This document shows positions 53,801 to 64,000 of a stretch of DNA of 64,000 bases, in pieces. Source of the DNA: the human T2T-CHM13v2.0 reference genome, Homo sapiens. The notes beneath the pieces are model-generated. The model did not search any database. It saw nothing but the letters and a program-made list of their open reading frames with translations, and was not told the origin of the DNA. The position numbers were made by a program, and so were the translations under genes. Numbering within the stretch: position 1 is the first letter of the stretch; the number at the start of each line of letters is the position of its first letter. The DNA lies in the NCBI RefSeq assembly GCF_009914755.1, contig NC_060946.1. One strand, 5' to 3'.

Positions 53801-56800
53801 TCTGAGAATGCTTCTGTCTAGATTTGATATGAAGATATTCCCGTTTCCAACGAAATCTTCAAATCTATCCAAATGTCCACTTGCAGATTCAACAAAAAGT
53901 GTTTTTCAGAACTGCTGTATCAAAAGAAAGATCCACGTCTGTTAGCTGAGTTCACACATCACAAACAAGTTTATGAGAATGCTTCTGTCTAGTTTTTATT
54001 TGAAGATATTTCCTTTCTCACCATAGACCTGAAAGCTGTCCTAATGTTCACTTCCAGATACTACAGAAAGAGTGTTTCAAAACTGCTGTACGAAAGGGAA
54101 TTTTCAACCCTGTGACTTGAATGCACACATCACAAAGAAGTTTCTGAGGATGCTGCTGTCTACTTTTTATACGTAATCCCGTTTCCAACGAAATCCTCCA
54201 AGCTATCCAAATATCCACTTGCAGATTCCACAGAAAGACTGTTTCAAAACTGCTCTGTCAATAGAAAGGTTCAACTCTGTTAGCTGCGTGCATATATCCC
54301 AAAGAAGATTCTGAGATTGCTTCTGTCTAGTTTTTATGGGAAGATATTTCCCTTTTCACCGTAGGCGTCAAGGCGCTCCAAATGTCCACTTCCAGATACT
54401 ACAAAAAGAGTGTTTCAAACCTACTCTGTGAAAGGGAATATTCAACTCTGTGACTTGAATGCACATATCACAAAGAAGTTTCTGATAATGCTTCTGTCGA
54501 GATTTTATATGAAGATATTCCCGTTTCCAACGAAATCCTGAAATCTATCCAAATATCCCCTCGCAGATTCTACAAAAAGAGTGTTTCAAAACTGTTCTGT
54601 AAAAAGAAAGGTTCAACTCTGTTAGTTGAGTACACACATCACAAACAAGTATCACAGAATGCTTCTTTCTAGCTTGTAGGGGAAGATATTCCCTTTATCA
54701 CCATGGGCCTCAAACCGTCCGAAACGTCCACTTCCATATACTTCAAAAAGAGCGTTTCAAACCTGCTCTATGAAAGGCAATGTTCAACTCTGTGACTTGA
54801 ATGCAGACATCACAGAGCTGTTTATGAGAATGCTTCTGTCTAGATTTTATAGGATGATATTCCCGTTTCCAACGAAATCTTCACAGCTATCCAAATATCC
54901 ACTTGCAGATTCTACAAAAAGAGTGTATCCAAACTGCTCTGGCAAAAGGAAGGTTCTTCTCTGTTAGGTGAGTGCATACGTCATAAAGGAGTTTCTGAGA
55001 ATGTTTCGGTCTAGTGGTTATGGGAAGATATTTGCTTTTTCACCGTAGGCCTCAGAGCGCTCCAAATATCCACTTGCACATACTACAAAAAGAGTGCCTC
55101 AAAGCTGCTCTCTGAAATGGAATGTTCAACTCTATGAGTTGAATGCAAACATCACAAAGACGTTTCTGAGAATGCTTCTGTCTAGATTTGATATGAAGAT
55201 ATTCCCGTTTCCAACGAAATCTTCAAATCTATCCAAATGTCCACTTGCAGATTCAACAAAAAGTGTTTTTCAGAACTGCTCTATCAAAAGAAAGATCCAC
55301 CTCTGTTAGCTGAGTTCACACATCCAAACAAGTTTATGAGAATGCTTCTGTCTAGTTTTTATTTGAAGATATTTCCTTTCTCACCATAGACCTGAAAGCT
55401 GTCCTAATGTTCACTTCCAGATACTACAGAAAGAGTGTTTCAAAACTGCTGTACGAAAGGGAATGTTCAACTCTGTGACTTGAATGCACACATCACAAAG
55501 AAGTTTCTGAGGATGCTGCTGTCTACTTTTTATACGTAATCCCGTTTCCAACGAAATCCTCCAAGCTATCCAAATATCCACTTGCAGATTCCACAGAAAG
55601 ACTGTTTCAAAACTGCTCTGTCAATAGAAAGGTTCAACTCTGTTAGCTGCGTGCATATATCCCAAAGAAGATTCTGAGATTGCTTCTGTCTAGTTTTTAT
55701 GGGAAGATATTTCCCTTTTCACCGTAGGCGTCAAGGCGCTCCAAATGTCCACTTCCAGATACTACAAAAAGAGTGTTTCAAACCTACTCTGTGAAAGGGA
55801 ATATTCAACTCTGTGACTTGAATGCACATATCACAAAGAAGTTTCTGATAATGCTTCTGTCGAGATTTTATATGAAGATATTCCCGTTTCCAACGAAATC
55901 CTGAAATCTATCCAAATATCCCCTCGCAGATTCTACAAAAAGAGTGTTTCAAAACTGCTCTGTAAAAAGAAAGGTTCAACTCTGTTAGTTGAGTACACAC
56001 ATCACAAACAAGTTTCACAGAATGCTTCTTTCTAGCTTGTAGGGGAAGATATTCCCTTTATCACCATGGGCCTCCAACCGTCCGAAACATCCACTTCCAT
56101 ATACTACAAAAAGAGCGTTTCAAACCTGCTCTATGAAAGGCAATGTTCAACTCTGTGACTTGAATGCAGACATCACAGAGCAGTTTCTGAGAATGCTTCT
56201 GTCTAGATTTTATAGGAAGATATTCCCGTTTCCAACGAAATCTTCACAGCTATCCAAATATCCACTTGCAGATTCTACAAAAGGAGTGTATCAAAACTGC
56301 TCTGTCAAAAGGAAGGTTCTTCTCTGTTAGGTGAGTGCATACGTCATAAAGGAGTTTCTGAGAATGTTTCTGTCTAGTGGTTATGGGAAGATATTTGCTT
56401 TTTCACCGTAGGCCTCAGAGCGCTCCAAATATCCACTTGCACATACTACAAAAAGAGTGCCTCAAAGCTGCTCTCTGAAACGGAATGTTCAACTCTATGA
56501 GTTGAATGCAAACATCACAAAGACGTTTCTGAGAATGCTTCTGTCTAGATTTGATATGAAGATATTCCCGTTTCCAACGAAATCTTCAAATCTATCCAAA
56601 TGTCCACTTGCAGATTCAACAAAAAGTGTTTTTCAGAACTGCTCTATCAAAAGAAAGATCCACCTCTGTTAGCTGAGTTCACACATCACAAACAAGTTTA
56701 TGAGAATGCTTCTGTCTAGTTTTTATTTGAAGATATTTCCTTTCTCACCATAGACCTGAAAGCTGTCCTAATGTTCACTTCCAGATACTACAGAAAGAGT

Positions 56801-59478
56801 GTTTCAAAACTGCTGTACGAAAGGGAATGTTCAACTCTGTGACTTGAATGCACACATCACAAAGAAGTTTCTGAGGATGCTGCTGTCTACTTTTTATACG
56901 TAATCCCGTTTCCAACGAAATCCTCCAAGCTATCCAAATATCCACTTGCAGATTCCACAGAAAGACTGTTTCAAAACTGCTCTGTCAATAGAAAGGTTCA
57001 ACTCTGTTAGCTGCGTGCATATATCCCAAAGAAGATTCTGAGATTCCTTCTGTCTAGTTTTTATGGGAAGATATTTCCCTTTTCACCGTAGGCGTCAAGG
57101 CGCTCCAAATGTCCACTTCCAGATACTACAAAAAGAGTGTTTCAAACCTACTCTGTGAAAGGGAATATTCAACTCTGTGACTTGAATGCACATATCACAA
57201 AGAAGTTTCTGAGAATGCTTCTGTCGAGATTTTATATGAAGATATTCCCGTTTCCAACGAAATCCTGAAATCTATCCAAATATCCCCTCGCAGATTCTAC
57301 AAAAAGAGTGTTTCAAAACTGCTCTGTAAAAAGAAAGGTTCAACTCTGTTAGTTGAGTACACACATCACAAACAAGTTTCACAGAATGCTTCTTTCTAGC
57401 TTGTAGGGGAAGATATTCCCTTTATCACCATGGTCCTCAAACCGTCCGAAACGTCCACTTCCATATACTACAAAAAGAGCGTTTCAAACCTGCTCTAGGA
57501 AAGGCAATGTTCAACTCTGTGACTTGAATGCAGACATCACAGAGCAGTTTCTGAGAATGCTTCTGTCTAGATTTTATAGGAAGATATTCCCGTTTCCAAC
57601 GAAATCTTCACAGCTATCCAAATATCCACTTGCAGATTCTACAAAAAGAGTGTATCAAAACTGCTCTGTCAAAAGGAAGGTTCTTCTCTGTTAGGTGAGT
57701 GCATACGTCATAAAGGAGTTTCTGAGAATGTTTCTGTCTAGTGGTTATGGGAAGATATTTGCTTTTTCACCGTAGGCCTCAGAGCGCTCCAAATATCCAC
57801 TTGCACATACTACAAAAAGAGTGCCTCAAAGCTGCTCTCTGAAACGGAATGTTCAACTCTATGAGTTGAATGCAAACATCACAAAGACGTTTCTGAGAAT
57901 GCTTCTGTCTAGATTTGATATGAAGATATTCCCGTTTCCAACGAAATCTTCAAATCTATCCAAATGTCCACTTGCAGATTCAACAAAAAGTGTTTTTCAG
58001 AACTGCTGTATCAAAAGAAAGATCCACGTCTGTTAGCTGAGTTCACACATCACAAACAAGTTTATGAGAATGCTTCTGTCTAGTTTTTATTTGAAGATAT
58101 TTCCTTTCTCACCATAGACCTGAAAGCTGTCCTAATGTTCACTTCCAGATACTACAGAAAGAGTGTTTCAAAACTGCTGTACGAAAGGGAATGTTCAACT
58201 CTGTGACTTGAATGCACACATCACAAAGAAGTTTCTGAGGATGCTGCTGTCTACTTTTTATACGTAATCCCGTTTCCAACGAAATCCTCCAAGCTATCCA
58301 AATATCCACTTGCAGATTCCACAGAAAGACTGTTTCAAAACTGCTCTGTCAATAGAAAGGTTCAACTCTGTTAGCTGCGTGCATATATCCCAAAGAAGAT
58401 TCTGAGATTGCTTCTGTCTAGTTTTTATGGGAAGATATTTCCCTTTTCACCGTAGGCGTCAAGGCGCTCCAAATGTCCACTTCCAGATACTACAAAAAGA
58501 GTGTTTCAAACCTACTCTGTGAAAGGGAATATTCAACTCTGTGACTTGAATGCACATATCACAAAGAAGTTTCTGAGAATGCTTCTGTCGAGATTTTATA
58601 TGAAGATATTCCCGTTTCCAACGAAATCCTGAAATCTATCCAAATATCCCCTCGCAGATTCTACAAAAAGAGTGTTTCAAAACTGCTCTGTAAAAAGAAA
58701 GGTTCAACTCTGTTAGTTGAGTACACACATCACAAACAAGTTTCACAGAATGCTTCTTTCTAGCTTGTAGGGGAAGATATTCCCTTTATCACCATGGTCC
58801 TCAAACCGTCCGAAACGTCCACTTCCATATACTACAAAAAGAGCGTTTCAAACCTGCTCTAGGAAAGGCAATGTTCAACTCTGTGACTTGAATGCAGACA
58901 TCACAGAACAGTTTCTGAGAATGCTTCTGTCTAGATTTTATAGGAAGATATTCCCGTTTCCAACGAAATCTTCAAATCTATCCAAATGTCCACTTGCAGA
59001 TTCATCAAAAAGTGTTTTTCAGAACTGCTCTATCAAAAGAAAGATCCACCTCTGTTAGCTGAGTTCACACATCACAAACAAGTTTATGAGAATGCTTCTG
59101 TCTAGTTTTTATTTGAAGATATTTCCTTTCTCACCATAGACCTGAAAGCTGTCCTAATGTTCACTTCCAGATACTACAGAAAGAGTGTTTCAAAACTGCT
59201 GTACGAAAGGGAATGTTCAACTCTGTGACTTGAATGCACACATCACAAAGAAGTTTCTGAGGATGCTGCTGTCTACTTTTTATACGTAATCCCGTTTCCA
59301 ACGAAATCCTCCAAGCTATCCAAATATCCACTTGCAGATTCCACAGAAAGACTGTTTCAAAACTGCTCTGTCAATAGAAAGGTTCAACTCTGTTAGCTGC
59401 GTGCATATATCCCAAAGAAGATTCTGAGATTGCTTCTGTCTAGTTTTTATGGGAAGATATTTCCCTTTTCACCGTAGG
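41477..59478. repeat. Near-tandem duplication with a 9204-bp period (six 8-mers plus one 6-mer)
   Basis: The ORF series 41799-51003 repeats at +9204; the private allele tttcGgtctag was seen only at 45804 and 55008. Confidence 0.92.
49437..50458 (-). repeat. 6-mer HOR variant, junction type 2
   Basis: Same junction (49740-49770) and same two SNVs; ORF spacing 48617 to 51003 = 2386. Confidence 0.95.
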
Positions 59479-59662
59479 CGTCAAGGCGCTCCAAATGTCC
59501 ACTTCCAGATACTACAAAAAGAGTGTTTCAAACCTACTCTGTGAAAGCGAATATTCAACTCTGTGACTTGAATGCACATATCACAAAGAAGTTTCTGAGA
59601 ATGCTTCTGTCGAGATTTTATATGAAGATATTCCCGTTTCCAACGAAATCCTGAAATCTATC
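58641..59662 (-). repeat. 6-mer HOR variant, junction type 2
   Basis: Same junction (58944-58974) and same two SNVs; ORF spacing 57821 to 60207 = 2386. Confidence 0.95.
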
Positions 59663-62600
59663 CAAATATCCCCTCGCAGATTCTACAAAAAGAGTGTTTC
59701 AAAACTGCTCTGTAAAAAGAAAGGTTCAACTCTGTTAGTTGAGTACACACATCACAAACAAGTTTCACAGAATGCTTCTTTCTAGCTTGTAGGGGAAGAT
59801 ATTCCCTTTATCACCATGGGCCTCCAACCGTCCGAAACGTCCACTTCCATATACTACCAAAAGAGCGTTTCAAACCTGCTCTAGGAAAGGCAATGTTCAA
59901 CTCTGTGACTTGAATGCAGACATCACAGAGCAGTTTCTGAGAATGCTTCTGTCTAGATTTTATAGGAAGATATTCCCGTTTCCAACGAAATCTTCACAGC
60001 TATCCAAATATCCACTTGCAGATTCTACAAAAAGAGTGTATCAAAACTGCTCTGTCAAAAGGAAGGTTCTTCTCTGTTAGGTGAGTGCATACGTCATAAA
60101 GGAGTTTCTGAGAATGTTTCTGTCTAGTGGTTATGGGAAGATATTTGCTTTTTCACCGTAGGCCTCAGAGCGCTCCAAATATCCACTTGCACATACTACA
60201 AAAAGAGTGCCTCAAAGCTGCTCTCTGAAACGGAATGTTCAACTCTATGAGTTGAATGCAAACATCACAAAGACGTTTCTGAGAATGCTTCTGTCTAGAT
60301 TTGATATGAAGATATTCCCGTTTCCAACGAAATCTTCAAATCTATCCAAATGTCCACTTGCAGATTCAACAAAAAGTGTTTTTCAGAACTGCTCTATCAA
60401 AAGAAAGATCCACCTCTGTTAGCTGAGTTCACACATCACAAACAAGTTTATGAGAATGCTTCTGTCTAGTTTTTATTTGAAGATATTTCCTTTCTCACCA
60501 TAGACCTGAAAGCTGTCCTAATGTTCACTTCCAGATACTACAGAAAGAGTGTTTAAAAACTGCTGTACGAAAGGGAATGTTCAACTCTGTGACTTGAATG
60601 CACACATCACAAAGAAGTTTCTGAGGATGCTGCTGTCTACTTTTTATACGTAATCCCGTTTCCAACGAAATCCTCCAAGCTATCCAAATATCCACTTGCA
60701 GATTCCACAGAAAGACTGTTTCAAAACTGCTCTGTCAATAGAAAGGTTCAACTCTGTTAGCTGCGTGCATATATCCCAAAGAAGATTCTGAGATTGCTTC
60801 TGTCTAGTTTTTATGGGAAGATATTTCCCTTTTCACCGTAGGCGTCAAGGCGCTCCAAATGTCCACTTCCAGATACTACAAAAAGAGTGTTTCAAACCTA
60901 CTCTGTGAAAGGGAATATTCAACTCTGTGACTTGAATGCACATATCACAAAGAAGTTTCTGAGAATGCTTCTGTCGAGATTTTATATGAAGATGTTCCCG
61001 TTTCCAACGAAATCCTGAAATCTATCCAAATATCACCTCGCAGATTCTACAAAAAGAGTGTTTCAAAACTGCTCTGTAAAAAGAAAGTTTCAACTCTGTT
61101 ACTTGAGTACACACATCACAAACAAGTTTCACAGAATGCTTCTTTCTAGCTTGTAGGGGAAGATATTCCCTTTATCACCATGGTCCTCAAACCGTCCGAA
61201 ACGTCCACTTCCATATACTACAAAAAGAGCGTTTCAAACCTGCTCTATGAAAGGCAATGTTCAACTCTGTGACTTGAATGCAGACATCACAGAGCAGTTT
61301 CTGAGAATGCTTCTGTCTAGATTTTATAGGAAGATATTCCCGTTTCCAACGAAATCTTCACAGCTATCCAAATATCCACTTGCAGATTCTACAAAAAGAG
61401 TGTATCAAAACTGCTCTGTCAAAAGGAAGGTTCTTCTCTGTTAGGTGAGTGCATACGTCATAAAGGAGTTTCTGAGAATGTTTCTGTCTAGTGGTTATGG
61501 GAAGATATTTGCTTTTTCACCGTAGTCCTCAGAGCGCTCCAAATATCCACTTGCACATACTACAAAAAGAGTGCCTCAAAGCTGCTCTCTGAAACGGAAT
61601 GTTCAACTCTATGAGTTGAATGCAAACATCACAAAGACGTTTCTGAGAATGCTTCTGTCTAGATTTGATATGAAGATATTCCCGTTTCCAACGAAATCTT
61701 CAAATCTATCCAAATGTCCACTTGCAGATTCAACAAAAAGTGTTTTTCAGAACTGCTCTATCAAAAGAAAGATCCACCTCTGTTAGCTGAGTTCACACAT
61801 CACAAACAAGTTTATGAGAATGCTTCTGTCTAGTTTTTATTTGAAGATATTTCCTTTCTCACCATAGACCTGAAAGCTGTCCTAATGTTCACTTCCAGAT
61901 ACTACAGAAAGAGTGTTTCAAAACTGCTGTACGAAAGGGAATGTTCAACTCTGTGACTTGAATGCACACATCACAAAGAAGTTTCTGAGGATGCTGCTGT
62001 CTACTTTTTATACGTAATCCCGTTTCCAACGAAATCCTCCAAGCTATCCAAATATCCACTTGCAGATTCCACAGAAAGACTGTTTCAAAACTGCTCTGTC
62101 AATAGAAAGGTTCAACTCTGTTAGCTGCGTGCATATATCCCAAAGAAGATTCTGAGATTGCTTCTGTCTAGTTTTTATGGGAAGATATTTCCCTTTTCAC
62201 CGTAGGTGTCAAGGCGCTCCAAATGTCCACTTCCAGATACTACAAAAAGAGTGTTTCAAACCTACTCTGTGAAAAGGAATATTCAACTCTGTGACTTGAA
62301 TGCAGATATCACAAAGAAGTTTCTGAGAATGCTTCTGTCGAGATTTTATATGAAGATATTCCCGTTTCCAACGAAATCCTGAAATCTATCCAAATATCCC
62401 CTCGCAGATTCTACAAAAAGAGTGTTTCAAAACTGCTCTGTAAAAAGAAAGGTTCAACTCTGTTAGTTGAGTACACACATCACAAACAAGTTTCACAGAA
62501 TGCTTCTTTCTAGCTTGTAGGGGAAGATATTCCCTTTATCACCATGGGCCTCCAACCGTCCGAAACGTCCACTTCCATATACTACAAAAAGAGCGTTTCA

Positions 62601-64000
62601 AACCTGCTCTAGGAAAGGCAATGTTCAACTCTGTGACTTGAATGCAGACATCACAGAGCAGTTTCTGAGAATGCTTCTGTCTAGATTTTATAGGAAGATA
62701 TTCCCGTTTCCAACGAAATCTTCACAGCTATCCAAATATCCACTTGCAGATTCTACAAAAAGAGTGTATCAAAACTGCTCTGTCAAAAGGAAGGTTCTTC
62801 TCTGTTAGGTGAGTGCATACGTCATAAAGGAGTTTCTGAGAATGTTTCTGTCTAGTGGTTATGGGAAGATATTTCCTTTTTCACCGTAGGCCTCAGAGCG
62901 CTCCAAATATCCACTTGCACATACTACAAAAAGAGTGCCTCAAAGCTGCTCTTTGAAACGGAATGTTCAACTCTATGAGTTGAATGCAAACATCACAAAG
63001 ACGTTTCTGAGAATGCTTCTGTCTAGATTTGATATGAAGATATTCCCGTTTCCAACGAAATCTTCAAATCTATCCAAATGTCCACTTGCAGATTCAACAA
63101 AAAGTGTTTTTCAGAACTGCTCTATCAAAAGAAAGATCCACATCTGTTAGCTGAGTTCACACATCACAAACAAGTTTATGAGAATGCTTCTGTCTAGTTT
63201 TTATTTGAAGATATTTCCTTTCTCACCATAGACCTGAAAGCTGTCCTAATGTTCACTTCCAGATACTACAGAAAGAGTGTTTCAAAACTGCTGTATGAAA
63301 GGGAATGTTCAACTCTGTGACTTGAATGCACACATCACAAAGAAGTTTCTGAGGATGCTGCTGTCTACTTTTTATATGTAATCCCGTTTCCAACGAAATC
63401 CTCCAAGCTATCCAAATATCCACTTGCAGATTCCACAGAAAGACTGTTTCAAAACTGCTCTGTCAATAGAAAGGTTCAACTCTGTTAGCTGCGTGCATAT
63501 ATCCCAAAGAAGATTCTGAGATTGCTTCTGTCTAGTTTTTATGGGAAGATATTTCCCTTTTCACCGTAGGCGTCAAGGCGCTCCAAATGTCCACTTCCAG
63601 ATACTACAAAAAGAGTGTTTCAAACCTACTCTGTGAAAGGGAATATTCAACTCTGTGACTTGAATGCACATATCACAAAGAAGTTTCTGATAATGCTTCT
63701 GTCGAGATTTTATATGAAGATATTCCCGTTTCCAACGAAATCCTGAAATCTATCCAAATATCCCCTCGCAGATTCTACAAAAAGAGTGTTTCAAAACTGC
63801 TCTGTAAAAAGAAAGGTTCAACTCTGTTAGTTGAGTACACACATCACAAACAAGTTTCACAGAATGCTTCTTTCTAGCTTGTAGGGGAAGATATTCCCTT
63901 TATCACCATGGGCCTCCAACCGTCCGAAACGTCCACTTCCATATACTACCAAAAGAGCGTTTCAAACCTGCTCTAGGAAAGGCAATGTTCAACTCTGTGA

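Larger units (their letters stand above)
1..64000 (-). repeat. Alpha-satellite HOR array with an 8-mer, 1364-bp unit and dimeric A/B (SF2-type) organisation; active-centromere-like
   Basis: ~171-bp monomers carry alphoid hallmarks (gttcaactctgtgacttgaatgca, tttctgagaatgcttctgtctag). Near-identical units start at 1, 1365, 2729 and so on, and the ORF track recurs every 1364 bp (1363 bp or 2386 bp at variants). The CENP-B box reads TTTCGTTGGAAACGGGA on the minus strand, so the array is reversed relative to the usual consensus orientation. Confidence 0.99.

Noticed and set aside
17611-61444. Recurrent 65-aa ORF (MKGNVQLCDLNADITE...)
   Set aside because: It appears only where a single g>t SNV (ctaggaaa>ctatgaaa) creates an ATG. 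It is a paralogous monomer frame of the 71-aa ORF, useful as a haplotype marker but not a gene.
545-63150. Recurrent 71-aa ORF (MPQSCSLKRNVQLYELNANITK...), 42 copies
   Set aside because: It is a chance stop-free frame across about 1.3 alphoid monomers with a GTG start and no recognisable domain. It recurs only because the HOR recurs, is deleted in the 6-mers and is broken in the unit at 17391.
1-64000. CRISPR-like appearance (constant motif recurring at regular spacing)
   Set aside because: The intervening sequences are themselves homologous repeats rather than unique spacers, the period is 171/342 bp, and there are no cas genes. The constant motif is the CENP-B box.
1-64000. Transposon insertion, inversion or non-satellite island
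   Set aside because: All unit spacings are explained by 1364, 1363 or 1022 bp. I saw no poly-A tail, target-site duplication or strand switch, and CENP-B boxes stay on one strand.

Overview
The whole 64-kb window is primate, most likely human, centromeric alpha-satellite DNA. It is one uninterrupted head-to-tail array of ~171-bp monomers organised as a homogeneous 8-monomer, 1364-bp higher-order repeat (HOR). A canonical CENP-B box lies on the minus strand in every second monomer, alternating with A-type (pJalpha-site) monomers. The period and monomer sequences best fit the SF2 chr14/chr22 live array (D14Z9/D22Z1, S2C14/22H1L); this assignment is from recall, not a search. Taking 'caaatatcccctcgcag' as the unit start, there are 43 8-mers (8 of them 1363 bp because of a shared 1-bp deletion), five 1022-bp 6-mer deletion variants and a final partial unit. 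I found no genes, RNA genes, transposon insertions, inversions or CRISPR arrays, and the listed ORFs are by-products of the repeat. I see no new protein-coding system. The interesting signal is the array's internal history, readable from diagnostic SNVs: two independently derived 6-mers, super-HOR periods of 4092, 2728, 2386, 5454 and 9204 bp, mappable crossover points, haplotype layering, and apparently invariant CENP-B boxes while CpGs elsewhere decay. All comparisons were made by eye and need alignment confirmation.
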